From the human T2T-CHM13v2.0 reference genome, Homo sapiens: a DNA stretch of 64,000 nt. Every line of letters starts with the position of its first letter. The stretch's first letter is position 1. Positions 50,151 to 64,000 of this stretch are shown here, one piece after another. Position numbers and translations under genes: made by a program. The notes beneath the pieces are model-generated. The model saw only the letters and a program-made list of their open reading frames with translations. It was not told the origin of the DNA and did no database searches. The stretch lies in assembly GCF_009914755.1 (NCBI RefSeq), contig NC_060934.1; one strand, given 5' to 3'.

Positions 50151-53100
50151 GACTGAGGAGCTCCCATGTCAGGCCAAACATTCCCAGGAAACATCGGGGA
50201 CCCTGAGCGGTTTCATCACCCACTAGTTGGCAGCAGACCAGAGTTAGCATCATAGGGCTTGACCACTGGTGACTTCTCCATGTCCAATACAACAGAGTGC
50301 TATTTTGGCATTGGACGGGTTAGGACTGTCAGAGACTCTGGCCCTGTGGCACCTCAGTGATACAGGATCAGAAATCTCAGTGCTGGAAGGACCTTGAGAG
50401 CTCCCTGGGCCACTGGGGCACACATCAATCACACCAGAGCTCTGCCTTATCCAGCTGAGACCCAGAGCCCTGGGAAGTTCAGCGACGTGTCCCAGGCCAT
50501 CCCGAAGAACGTGGTGAAGCCTGCCTGCCTCTGGGCTGCAGTGCAAGGCTGTGCTTTGCCCTGGAGTCCTGAGGGCCTGGTACACAGATTGGGCCCACAG
50601 AGGACAGAGGGGCATGGGACTCACCAAGGTCAAGTGAGAACAATCATGGTCTGTCTGTTTCCCACACACTGAAATAATCTAGTTCATGACACGCATGGGC
50701 TCTTCAAAACAATTCATACTGTTTGGTTCTGGTTTTCTTCCCTGTGATAAAATTAACATGCGGTGGGGAATTGTTTTCCAAAACTAAGGACTGATTAAAA
50801 GGATAATAATACACGCAGGCTTTTAAAAGAAGGAGGTAGATATATCCATGATGACATGGAAAGAGATCCAAGATATATTCCTCGAAAAAAGCAAGGTGCA
50901 ACAGGTTTATGTAATATGATCCCTCATGTGTAAATTATAAGCACACACACAGAGACACATGCAGGTATATGCATAACCACCTCTTTACAAGTATGTTTAA
51001 AAGTAGTGTCAATTACTTTTAGGAGAACAATGGAAGGAGTAAAGCTTTCACACTACATTTTGTTTACATTTTCTAACTGTCTTTGACAATTGCATTCTCT
51101 TCAGTGCCAAAATAGCACTTCAGTGTACTGAGAGTAACAAGTGATCAGGTTCCAGGACAGTAACTCTCATCTGCTACCAGCCCTTTTCTAATATGTATAT
51201 TGTATTTGAAATGTATTTTCCTTCATGACAACAGAGGCTATCAATCTGGGTGCTGAAATTTTGAGGTATTTTGTTTATCCCTTATATTTATCTCAATTTT
51301 TGAAAATGAATAAATTCCATAAAATTGAAGCAAAGTTAAAATTGAAGGCACGTTGAAGGAAATTTGGAAAATTCAGAAAAAAGAATGAAAAAGAAAACAG
51401 AAATCAGAGAGGATCCACTAATCCTTGGATAGGTGCTGTCCACCAGGTGTAGCAATTCCTTCCATATAGTTTTCCATGTGGAGATATGCGCGTGTTTTTA
51501 CGTTGCTGTCATCACGGCCTTTACGAAGTGTTCAGATCTTCTTTCTGTGCATACAACACCCAGTCCTGAGCACGTGAATTGAATGCTGGTGTAAACGTGT
51601 TCAGTCATCATAATCATCATCATCATGCTATGTGTGTGGGTCTTTCTCCTCCTTTTCAAATACTCTGTCCTGTCACTGTGCCAAGTCCCCAGCCCACTCC
51701 TAGTTACTTGGTGCTGCAGTCACAGGGCACACCTGTGCCCAAGCAGATGCCTCCCACCCACCCCATGGTCTTCCTTGGTCCAGTTCATCACCTGCTTCCT
51801 AACACCAGCATCCGATTGCAGATCCATGGCCTTAGCACCAAATAGCACTGCATTTAATCACATTCAGCCTCAAAAAGTGCCTAAAACATAACAGTGTTTT
51901 GCTAATGACTACAAACGGAGTCCTTCAAGATATTCATGGTGGTCCAGGGAATTTCGTAGAAAAAAGAGAGGTCTGTGCTGATTGGATTATGTTCATGTCT
52001 CTCAATCTTCTGATCTTGTCCTAGCACATTTGGGTGCTGGCTGTGCCCCCTGCTCATCCTCCCCCCTCACCTGGCACGGACGGGTAGCACACGGCATGCA
52101 GTTCCATCCATTTCTGTTCGTGCACACAGGCCAGAGGAGCCTGCCTCTCACCTGGGAGCCCCTCCTAGAAGCAAAAGCTCTGTGAGATTGCAAACATTTG
52201 GGAGAATAGCATCGATACCTACATGATGTTTGTTTCATACTCGGTCAGTTTTATTACTCCATACATGGTGTTTCCCAACACTTTAAATCCCTTTATATGA
52301 TCAGCAAAGATCGTGGTTATGACTACATGGAGGTTGCCACTGCTCTGGGTAAAGGTCAAGCTCTCCTTCCATGCAGCAAGTGCAAACATTAGCCTGCTCC
52401 CTTCTGCTATTCGGGTGACGCTGGCCCCACTCCTGCTATGTCAGACTTGCCACGGAAATGCCATCTGCCCCCCACGCTCTCCCGACAAGATTGGGCAGCC
52501 TGCAGACCAAATCACAGATGATTTACCAGTAACAAATTCAGGCCACCTCCCACAGCATATCCCAAAGAGGTTAGCTCAATCAGAATATCTTAAAGATGTT
52601 GTTAGCCTTGGAGGAGGTTGCAAAGTTGATGATCATATGTCTTCTCTCCAAATTTTATTTGGAAGAGCCTGCTACCGTGTGAGAGAAGAGTCCTTCTGAG
52701 ATAGTAATTACTATTTTGAAAAGTCATTTTAATATCTAATTTAGAGATAGTGCTTAGCTCCTTGGGTTTCTCAAGTTTCGAAGGATTTGTTTTTGTTTTC
52801 TTATAAAATCCAAGCTTTTGTTACTAAAATGAAGTTCCCGCAATGTATGTAACATTTATTTCCAAATGGTGTCTACTTTTATGGGCAAAAATCATCAGAA
52901 AAAGCCACTGGCTATAAAAACTGCAAACAAAATGAACCCTTAAACAGCTAATGACTTAAGGGTGGTTGTACAGACATATAAAGTATGTTGGGGCTTACAC
53001 TATTTGTCATTAACACATATTCTGAAAGCTTGGCTAATATAATGTGACACAAAATTAGTCAAACACAATTCATGCAATATTGTTTAATTTTACTCCTCAT

Positions 53101-53977
53101 TTAACTTGGTTTTAAGCAAAATCATTATGTCACATGACAACGTTCACTTGAACAAGAAATATTTCATAATGGCCGCTGCCTTTAGAAATGAGTTATTAGG
53201 GGTTCCATGCTGAACACATTCTTAACTATGAAAACTATAAAGCTAATAGCTTAATCATATTTTGACACCATCTACATACTTTATGCATTATTTACAAGAA
53301 AGATATAAAAATGAAACCACTGAATATCTCACGCAATACTTCACAGTCATAGTTAACTGGTTAAAAATATAACACATTTATCTTCCAGGGGCTTTATATT
53401 TGCATATAGATATTTGCATACCATGTTGCAATGTGCTGTTAATGTAAAATTTAACCTTTGTTCTTTCCCTCTGATGTGCAAGGTATACTCATTAAGTTAA
53501 AAATAATGGCAAAAATAAGTCTTCTGGTGATATACATTTCATAAATTATTCCCCAGAGCAGTGAGGAAAGGTAAAATGTGGGTGGGAAAATGTTTAATTG
53601 AATTAATTTCTCATTTTCTGTATTTTTATTTTACAACTCGGAGACAGAGCAATTTGACTAGTCTATGTCAACCCTCTGAATTGCTAAGGACCTCCTCTCA
53701 ATTATTCAAGGTGTCAACCCTCTTAATCCTGTAGTAGAACAATTCCTGGTTTCAGGACTGAGATGGATACATAGCATCATTTTGTACCCCTGTTAAATGG
53801 ATGAGTCTTTATTCAACAGAGGGAATACACAACTACTACGCATCAAACGTACTGCATGATCATTAGACATTTGGACAAAATGCAGAAGGCTCTTAGTTTG
53901 CATCAGGTTATAATACACAATGTCAGTTTCTAATTAAGCCCCTATATGAACTTTTAGAGAAGTGAGACCAGGACTTA

Positions 53978-54305
<328 letters not shown>

Positions 54306-57300
54306 CACTGTGTTAGTCAAATATCTAAATTCCAAATTCTCTTTTTCCTTGCTGATATATTCTAAATTTAAAATGCGTCATTCAGATGGACTCAATGCCG
54401 GAAGTCCTACTGAGGCAAGGAGTGGCCCAGATCCTGCTGCTGGGAGAAGAGGAAAATCACAGATAGCAAGTCCGTCCAAATTAGGCAGATGTCCAAGTCC
54501 TTTAATGAATGGTTAAATCTCAGATTATCTCTACCCAAAATGGTTTAGTTCAGGAAGGTGGTGGCGTGCACCATGGCTTGCGTGCCCAGTGAGAACGGGC
54601 AGGGTGGGTGGCACACAGCCTCAGGATGGACCTGGGCACACAAAGCTGGGGGAACACAGACCCTCAAGCCTGAGGATGGTCCAGGAGCCACGGCCAGGTG
54701 GCCCCAGGTCAGGAGCACAGAACAGGGAAGGAGGGGAGACAGGCTGCCACCCAGAGAGTGGTCTCCAAGGTGTCAGCTCATTGTCCCGGGGCCCCACAGC
54801 CCCAGGACAGGACTTTTCCCCACTGTTCTTTATTCCCCTAGAACACTGGATCTGGCAACTTGAAGACGGGACAGGCACAATACATCCAGGATATACTGAG
54901 GGCGGGACGGGCCTGAGGTCAGGCCAGCCTGGACAGCAGGCTCCTGACCCCGTAGGGCCAGAGGACCACAGGCCTCATTTCATGGACTGTGGTGGTGACA
55001 CTGGGGTTCCCCTAGATTTCCAGAAGGGGTCTGGGAGCCCTGGTTTTGTCCTGCTTCCTCTTTCCAGGGCAATCATAATGCCCAGCGCTCCCTGGGCGGA
55101 CCTCCCTACAACTTCCGCGTTGACCTTTAGGGACTGCCTCTTTGGGGGAAGAGATATCTCGGGCTTCGGAGTGCGTCTCCCGGGTACAGTCAAAATTATG
55201 TCCGCTGACTCTGGGACACTGGCCACTGTCTATGTGGGGCTGCAATAATCCCGCCTTGCTGGATTCATTGACCCCGACATCTCGGAGCAGCCGTCCCCAT
55301 GGTGCCTCACCTTCCCCGTCGGCTCCTACCTTCCCAGCAAAATCTTTTTTCCTTGTATTGAACATGCAATTTATAAGTAGATGTGAAACATACATAAGCT
55401 ACAGGAACATTTGCATTTTGCAAATTTCATATAATCTTCGGAAGACTTTGCTTTCTCATTCTGCCACCACTGAAAACATAAATGCACTGTGATTAGACCT
55501 CATTTTCTGTAAGAAAGGAAAGAACCGCCCCAAAATGCACAGTGCTCTTGGAACAAGCAGTGGCATTGGTTCTTGCACAAAATGCCCCAGCCCCTCAACA
55601 TGGAGGCAGGTGTTTTAGGCAGAAATGCCGTACGGAACTTTTACTTATTTACCGTCTTTTCTGGACTCCTATGTGGATGTGATTGTTCTTGTAAAGGTTC
55701 TTACCGAGGTAAATAAAATTGTAGAACCTTGGAAACATACTATTATTACAGCACAGAGCTAAGGTGTGCAGAACGGGAAATAACTCTCTGAGGGATAAAT
55801 TACATGTGATGATGGCTGAAAGGATACAGCTCCCATTTCAGGAAGTCTTCCAGGCAAAGATTTGGCAGTTTTAGCATTCCTTTCAAGACAATGCACGTAC
55901 ACCAAAAACATTATTCTTCACAGAGCGCCCCAGAGGCCGCAGCCGTCACGTGGATGCCGTCGTTATTCCATTCCCTCCAATTCAACACAGATCTTCTTTA
56001 TTAATTTTAATTTGTCATCAATAGCCTGACAGGCACTCTTTCGGCAAGAAATACTGCATTAACTGTTTCACTCACTGTGGCAGCTATTAAAACCAGGATG
56101 GTGATTAGCAGGAATGAGGTCAAACAGAATAATGTGAGTCTAAGTCGCTACCAGCGAAATGTATAACACAGGAGGATTTATTATGTTCACTTGCTGAAAT
56201 GTAATTTAAAAACAGGATATCACCACCTGCTATGCTGGCTTGTAGGGTTACTCAGATCATTTGAACATTTCCTGCTAATATGTTTATTTGCTTCTGGCAT
56301 CTATTACCGTTTACTGTATTTCTCATAACTACAGTTAAAATAAACTTAATTGTTGCTATCTACTTCTTGTAAACATAGCAGGTAAATACATCATCCCATG
56401 ATTAGTTCAGAGGATGTAAATTAGGGTGATTTAATCATCAATATTGGCAACAGAAAAATTAGTTTTCATAACCTTCTTGCAAAGACCTAAATTTAGTTTT
56501 CTGATTGAAGAGTCTGTTTGCTAAATAAGGATGTCACCAGGATGCTGAAAGACTCTACTTGGCTAGAAATCCTGGGACGCACCATCAAGCATGCTAAGAA
56601 AAGTGCGAATCATTGCAGATGCTAAACATTCGCATGTAAATTTCACGTGCGCTCTTTTTTGAAACATCGGAAATCCAGGCATGTTGCTGGGGATGATTGC
56701 TGACCTGGAAATCACAACTCACAGCCTTTGGCTGTACTTTTTAAGGAATTCCGATCAAACAGAGTGATCCACAATCATTTAGTACTTTGTTATTGGGATG
56801 AACTTTACATCATGGGCTGAAAATAGAGAATGTGTATTTTAATGTACAGCATATTTTCAATGTGCAGGTTATTTTCAAAATGGACTGCCCGTGAGGCAAA
56901 CCAGCTGTCAATAATCTCTCTGAGCACCACTGGTCATTTAATCCTTGCATTAAATCTCACTCATACCACTTCGGCTAAGAGATCTTTCTGACTCTGGTTT
57001 GTAGGTGGCACAGAACAGGATGCAGTGTGGGTGGTGGTGCCGGGGCAGGCAAGCGCCATGGAGGGGTCATCTGCCGTCAATGTGGCGGTGTGGCCCAACC
57101 CACGGCCCCGATGACCCGCCCTGAACGCAGAAAAGTCCTGGCTCAAGGGCAGGTCTTTGTAACTTATTTTCCCTACAGCTTTCAGATCTGCACATTGTGG
57201 GAAAAAAAAAAAATGTCAGCTTAGCCATTCTGGAGTGAGGTGGTAAAAACCAAAGCTTGGTACAAAAATTTCAAAAGAAATCATAAAAGATTCCTTTTCT

Positions 57301-57349
57301 ATAGTTTAAGATAGAATTTTTTAAAAAGCCTTTTCTGATAATCCCTATG

Positions 57350-57545
57350 TAACCTACAAAACAGAATGAATCCTAACGAGAGAAGAGTTCAAATGGTTCT
57401 AGCACACAGAAAAGACAACTATTGAAGTTAATGGATATCCCAAGTACACTGATTTTATCTTTATAAATTCTATGAATGTATTCAATTGTCACATGCACCC
57501 CAAAACTATGTACATCTATTATGCATCAATTTTTTTAAAAAAAAT
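57350..57545 (+). mobile_element. L1MA-type 3' end
   Basis: atggatatcccaagtacactgatttt...cacatgcaccccaaaactatgtacatctattatgcatcaat plus A tail. Confidence 0.85.
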
Positions 57546-60519
57546 TAAATCTTGCAATCAACCATAGGGATTTGCATTAACATGAGGCAGAAATGTAATC
57601 ACCACCACTGTGGTTTTGGGTCTTAAAGAAACACAGCCAGTAAATATTGCCCTCTTCCCACAATTGCCACCTTCTGCGCGGGGCTCTGCAGGAACGCAAA
57701 GGGAATATGTAAAGAAAGACACCACCAGCTGCATGCATTTGACTCTTTTTCTCCCAAGCGCTGCCTCTCCCTTAAATCAAGCGGTGCTACAGGAGGCAAT
57801 TTTCGTGGCAGTGTCTCCCATGCCAGAGTCTGTCACATTAGACAATCAGAGAACTTTTATAAGAAAACCAATGCATGTTAAATATCGCCGTCCTGCGTGC
57901 AGAGCCTCGGCTCCCACCTTGCCCGAGGAAAATGAGCAGCCGGGGTACCAGGGAGGCACTTTGTTCCCGCCAGCCCCACCCCGCCGGGTGCACTTGGGCT
58001 GCGAGATCCCCCTTCATCTAAGGCAGCCACAACGTGAGCTTTACATATCAGCTGCATTTGAATCGATGATGGGAGCGATGTTTGTAATTCCACATCAAGC
58101 AGCCCCGGTGTCTGGCGTTTATTTGTGCTGTTGTTTTGGCAGGTTATCCAAGGCCCCTTCTCATCTGACATGTCAGGTCTACAATCAAACAAAGAGGACT
58201 AGTGAATTCACTTTTACAGTTAGGCAAGCTGAATGCTATTACCCGTGTATTTGTCACCGACCTGCAGATCCCAGCCTCTAATCTGCCATCCGGATGGATG
58301 CTACAAAGTGAAGAGCCGGGACATGCATTTCCCAGTAACTACCTGCTGCCAGCTATTATTTTAAGGATCCTGTGATTTTCTTTTATTTTGAGTAGAAAAA
58401 ACAAGGCAGCTGCGGTAATAAAAAGGCATATCAACTAGTCACTTCCTGGCAGATTTGTCACTGGTATGGATACAGTAGAGGGCTTTTTTTGTTGTTGCTA
58501 GAAAATGTATACACTCGAATATAATATTGTAAATCTGCAGTGTGTGCTTCAAATAAAACCCTTTTTAGTGCCTTGCATACTGGTAAACAAAATAAAAATG
58601 TATGCATCTTATAAAGAACTGCCGATACATACATACATGCAGGATGCCTCCTACAAATCATGCGCTGACAGAAAAAATTTTATGTTATATGATTTTGGGG
58701 TGAAAGTTATTATTTTTTATTCCTAAACCACATTAACATAGCTACAAAGCCATACATTATCACAGCTCTCCAATAATGTTCCTAAATATTTCCTAATGAT
58801 GGATTGTATCATAGGGCCTCCTAGGACCCAAGTTTAACTGTATAATTCCAAGTTGTGAATTAAATTGCAAACATCAAGTGCTTCTGGTAATTCTTTTATT
58901 TCTGCACACCACATAATCATATCGATCTCTTCCCCTGTTCTGTCCGTAAATAAATCTTCAGAAATAATTGGTCACCAATAAAACGTTCGTGGTTCGATTT
59001 TGATATGTGTTTTAAAATTAATTAGGCAGAGCTTTTAAGAGGTGATCATTCCTAGGGAGAGAGCTGAAAAATTGCAGCCAGGTATTTGTCAAGCTGCATG
59101 ATTACAGACAATACGTCAACACTTTACCTTTTGTATTTTGAAAGATGTACAGGAATTGCGCTCAGATACACAACAAAGTCAAAATGCCGTTGCCCTTTGC
59201 ACAAAGCCCGGGGCCCCCAGGTGTGTCCACAGGACCCGCGGATTGAACAAAGAACCCAGTGCCCCGGTGTTCTCCCATCCGAGCAGGAGTTGGACAATTC
59301 CGAACAATAAAACCCGGCCCAAACAAAGAGTGATTAATGACTTGAGGAGTCGCAGTGCCACGTCGACCAGAGAGGCTCGAAGTGGGTCTTTGAAGGAGAA
59401 ATGAAAAGAGTTTCAGGCTTTAAATATTTACTATTTCATTCATCAATGGAGCATGTAAATGCAGAAACAAATATTCAAACATTATCCCAAGACTCCATTT
59501 TCCACATCGTCCTCACACGTAATGCCTATTCACGGCAATCAGTGCCGCAGAAGGCACAGGAAGAAAACAGGTGACAGACACAGCCCCGGCGACTCAGCAG
59601 GGACCCTTCGTCCCCCTCCTGAATTGTGTTGGTCACTGGGGTTTCTGGTAGGTTCCTCGATGCCATAGAACCTATCCTGTGCTGAGGACTGAAGTTGTAG
59701 TCATATTTTACTGTTTCTACACAATCTATTATTGAAAAAGTGATCCAATTCCATGTGAAAATAAACAGTTTTATCATTGAAAGGGGGAACGAGTAGGCAA
59801 TGCACCTACAATTTGAACATCCTGCATTTCAAAACATGTTTTAAAGCATCATTACTGTTAAGACCATTCTAAGATGTCTATTTCCATTTTCCACTGGTGA
59901 AGTTTATTTTTGTTCCTTGTGTTGTGAGAAAGAGAATGCATTTTCACTTTCAAACACACTTATAATATTTCCTAACCTAAATAATAAAAACCAGGGTAGT
60001 ATTATATCATGCTATTATCATATACCTTGATGCACTTATCGAACACTTCCAGTGTGCACTTGCATGATTTCGTTTAATTGTGCCAAACACTGTCTGAGAC
60101 AGAGACCAATGCTCTTCCTATTTTATATCTGAGAAAACACATGCCTGAACATTCCTTGAAAAGTCACGATTCAAAGCCACGACTGGCCACCCCAGCCCCC
60201 ACCTTGGTCCTCTCTTCCTTCTTCCCCTTTTCTCCCTCCTGCCCTCTCCACTTCTCCAAGCCTCCTCCACTCCTCTGGGGTCTGTCTCACAGTCAATGGT
60301 GGGGACAAACACTTGACGTGGTTGTTAGTCTTGTCATCTTAATTCTAGACCTCCCCCATCCTTTTGGGCTGGAAAGAACCTCCTTCAAGGAAGGAAATCC
60401 AGACTTGCCTGGCAGCATCCCACGGTATCAGGGTGCAGCAAAGCAGGAAAAGGAGAGGAGGGAGGAGCAGAGGAGGAGGGTGAGGGGCCAAGGAGCCGAG
60501 AGAACTTGTCTATAAACAG

Positions 60520-61160
60520 GGCTCTGCCTCTCTAGCAACTGGGCTAAAATGAGAACAAAGGGGTGCTCAACTTCCAAACCCTGCTGAAACCCAGCAGGGT
60601 TTACTTTGTTATCCCCTTGCTCTCCTGTGGGAGACTCCGGGAGCCAGCCTCCGTGTCATTTCAACCACGTTTCCAGGGATGCTCCTTGACCCAGTTGCAG
60701 GCAGAACCCCAAAACATGTCCCACAAAGTCCTGCAGGATCCGCCTCCACCGACCTGGATGCCCCTTACAAGACCCACTGTGTCGCATGTCCTGCACTGGG
60801 TCACCCCGGCCTCGTTCCTGGGCAGGGCCCTTGCCCTCCCCACTCCTGGAATGGCTACATGTTTGGTTCCCCGGCCTGGCGGATGTCAGTTTCTCTCTTG
60901 GCCTAGTTTCAGCTGGTAGCTAAAATGCGGCTTCCTTCAGGAAGCCTTCCATGGCAGACTCCAGGTCATGCTCCTTCCTGACTTCTCCCCGCTTCCAGGG
61001 CTTTTCTCCCAGGGCTGGCTGAAACCTGGTGCTTTGATGCCTCCGCTCACCAAGTGGGAAGTTCCCAGAAAGCAGGGCGCTGGGTGTTTCCCTCCGCAGC
61101 CCCAGGAGAGAGGCCGGTTTACAGCAAGTGTGCCACGATCATTTGTTGCATGAATGAATA
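60520..61160 (+). mobile_element. L2 3' region
   Basis: cttccttcaggaagccttcc...atttgttgcatgaatgaat terminus. Confidence 0.6.
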
Positions 61161-61240
61161 CGTATGATTTGCTTGGTCTTTATAGACAGGCAGGCAATTA
61201 GCCTAAAAGGTTTTACTAAACTTTCATTGCCTTTTCTCCT

Positions 61241-61400
61241 CCAGCTTTTTTGGAGGTGTAATTGACAAATAAGAGTTGTATATACTGATGGCATAGGTGG
61301 TGGCATTTTGATATATATGTGAAATGATGTTCACAAACTAATTAACGAATGCATCCCTTCACATGGTCACCTACTCTCTTCATAAATTTCAAGTACATAT
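61241..61400 (-). mobile_element. L1MA-type 3' end
   Basis: cagcttttttggaggtgtaattgacaaataa...gtgaaatgat...ctaattaac...ctactctctt..aaatttcaagtaca. Confidence 0.8.
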
Positions 61401-64000
61401 GAATCATTTGAATGATTTGCCTACTCAGTCTAAATTTTCATGGTAATTAGGGCTATGTGAACCTAGTATTAAGATCCAGAAAAATAAGTTTTGGGAATTA
61501 CTAAAAATAAAAAAAGCATCATCTGTGCATGTACACACACACACACGCGTGCACACACACACAAGCACATGGACACACACCTTGGCATGTTTAGAAAAGA
61601 AACAGGCAACTGTAGGCCTTTGTGGCCATTTGGTGGAGATATTTCAAGTTTACACTTGTAAATTCCAGACTCAACTTTGGCTGTGACTTAAGAAATTCTG
61701 TTAAATTAAACTTTGGAGATTTCACAGAAAGAGAGTGGTTTTCCACTGCTGAATATTTCACAGCAAAGCCTGTTTGTGTGTGCACGTGTGTGTCTGCAAG
61801 AGAAAGAGGTTTTCGTTGTACTTGTTGTTTCATATGTGTATGCTTCAATAGATCTGCCAATTTCTCCCAGCATTGCCTTTCTGGGAGAAAGGCCAATTTT
61901 CTTCATTTTAAAAATATCATAACATTTGTGTTAGCAAAAACTCCTATAAATGCCATCAGCTACAGAATTCCAGTTTAATTTCTATTTTGACTTTATCAAA
62001 ATTTGAGAAAAATATCTTTGGGGAATACAATTATCTGTGCTTAGCCTCAGCCCACAAATAAACAGAAACCAACTGTTCCCTGCAGCAGGGAGCTATTCAG
62101 TAAAGTCCCTCCTAACTATAGATGATGTGGCCCAGCCAAAAGCTGGAACCACACCCCACAGTGTAATCTAAACAACATAATTCTGATCCCATGGACCGCA
62201 CCATGTGGTCTAGCATATTGAATTTGTAAAAATCATATTAGAAGGATACACAATATTTATAAAATACAAATACTGATTTGTCACACTGATTCTCAACCTG
62301 AATGTGGGTCAACCTCTTGTTTGGTTCCCTTTAATAGCATAATTAAACAAATAAGAGCATTTATATCATGTAAGATCCAGACATAAGGAATCATGGCATT
62401 TTAATATTTTAATATTCGAGGCTGCCTAGTGATTCCATAATGGCTAAACCCAGTTAAACTCCCATTGATGATGCTGATTACTCTAGGATCTAATTTTCTC
62501 CTCTGGCTTCATCTAAAATCATGTTTCTCAACAGCTATCCTTTATTGTTTTTTAATCTTACTGCCTGGATATTAGTGAATCTCTAGAGTTCCAAAAACTA
62601 CATTTGAGTGTTTTAACAAGTCAGCCCAACAATATATGTGGTGAGCTCATTAAACTTAGGTTAGAGTTCAGACTATTCACCTGGAATATTAATATTCATC
62701 AATACTCTTAAAATCATAGGCCAACTTGACAGCATATATGCCAGCATCAGGGTTACCAACACCTCTGCCCTTCATGCAACAGTAGCACCCGGGATGAGAC
62801 CAGTGTGTGCAGAGCCAGCTCCTGGCCCCGGGCTCTGTAATTAGCACCCTTAGCTGATACCCTCCAAGCAGAAGGAAAACGACACACACGAAGTACGTCA
62901 GTGAATTGTCTTAAGTTTTTCCCTTATGAAGTTTTTAAAAAGCAATAAACATCTAACTCTAAATTGTCATTAAAACACAGCCTCCAAGCCCTATCTATGC
63001 CACCTTGATGAATAAATAAGTAGCAGACAGGCCATCCCAATATTCAGTTACTAGCACCATTGCCAGTTAGCGATTCTCTACGGCCGGACAGAGAAAGCAC
63101 TGCATGTCCTGAACCACACTCACACCGTTTAATCTCCTTCCCAATGTCACTGCCATCTTTGGAAGTGACAAATTCTCTTCATTCTTTTTCCTCCTTCCCT
63201 TGAACATAATGTGGTTGAGTCTCTTCTCCCACTTGGCCTGATTTCTCAAATTCAATCAAAATCTTTTTAAGGTCCCCCATTTTATTTGTCTTTTCACTGG
63301 GCTCTGCCCTGTGACTCCAGCACTTTGTCCCCTTCCAATCTTCAATGCTCCCTGACTTCTTCATCTCTTTTGTCAATCCCATTGTCATTCACCTTCTGCT
63401 GAAAAATGCTGGCCAGGTCCTTTTTGGATCCTTTGGAAATAAATGTACAATTCTAAGTCATATGTATAATGAAGAGGCAGTCAATGTAAAAATCTTTGTT
63501 AAATATTTAGAACTCATGGAGCTGAAAGACACTTCAGAGGTTATCTGTCCCCCACCTCACCTCTACCTCTGCACCACTCTGCAAAGGCTTAGAATGCTGA
63601 AGCCTCCTAATCAGAGGCACACGGCCAGTTAATAGTATTACCAACACCGGTGCACGACAGCAGGACTCTTTGCCCTGCACCTCCCACAGGCAGCTGCTAA
63701 AGACAACCTCCCGATGCAGGAGTCACCTGGCCTCTGCTGGTGGAGTGGCCCTTCCTAGTCAGTGTCATCATAGGTCTCACATCTTACGATGCAAAAGAAG
63801 GAAGCCACAATTATTCCAGAAATTTGGCAAGTTACATGCAAAAAAAAAAAAAAAAAATCTAACAGAAGGAACTTTGAACAAAAGGTACAATTTATCCCAA
63901 CCCAGTTTTTACTGTGGCCTCCTTGATACACATTTCCAGGCTAAAGCTGCCCCATGTCTTGCCATAGACAACAATGATGCTCATAGGAACGCTAGCTCTC

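Noticed and set aside
57610-58281. 223-aa ORF in unique sequence
   Set aside because: GTG start, no recognisable domain or convincing splice boundaries; a few frames of this length are expected by chance. PhyloCSF or Ribo-seq would settle it.
59300-59410. Minus-strand acceptor followed by PLRASLVDVALRLLKSL; a similar acceptor lies near 28835
   Set aside because: No matching donor and no recognisable protein.
63180-63440. Purine-rich minus-strand segment that looks coding (GSKKDLASIFQQK)
   Set aside because: Stop codons follow in all frames and the donor is weak; it may be an unclassified old repeat.

Overview
Primate (most likely human) non-coding genomic DNA, either intronic or intergenic. 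I found no credible protein-coding exon, tRNA, rRNA or CRISPR array, and I cannot name the locus from sequence alone. The listed ORFs come from repeats, microsatellites or chance open frames. Recognisable content: AluJ/AluS elements, FLAM and FAM monomers, a fragmented ~6 kb ancient L1 with nested insertions, L1PB/L1MA/L1MC/L1ME 3' ends, L2 and MIR, five MaLR LTRs, and DNA transposons (MER8, Tigger4, MER46C, MADE1, MER53, MER58A/B, MER3, MER5, Charlie1, plus a probable decayed hAT transposase). There is also a 51-bp VNTR and two long purine-only tracts. Between the repeats are long repeat-poor blocks rich in homeodomain, PBX-HOX and POU motifs, which resemble a developmental enhancer landscape. 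I cannot show a new biological system here. The best leads are an 18-nt SRRM4-style microexon candidate and a 9x UGCAUG cluster (both minus strand), a 10-bp-phased TAATT array, a duplicated YY1 site in an LTR, an overlapping NF-kB/GAS site, and the hAT fossil. Subfamily calls come from remembered consensus sequences and need RepeatMasker/Dfam confirmation; boundaries are approximate unless a target-site duplication (TSD) or terminal inverted repeat (TIR) is quoted.
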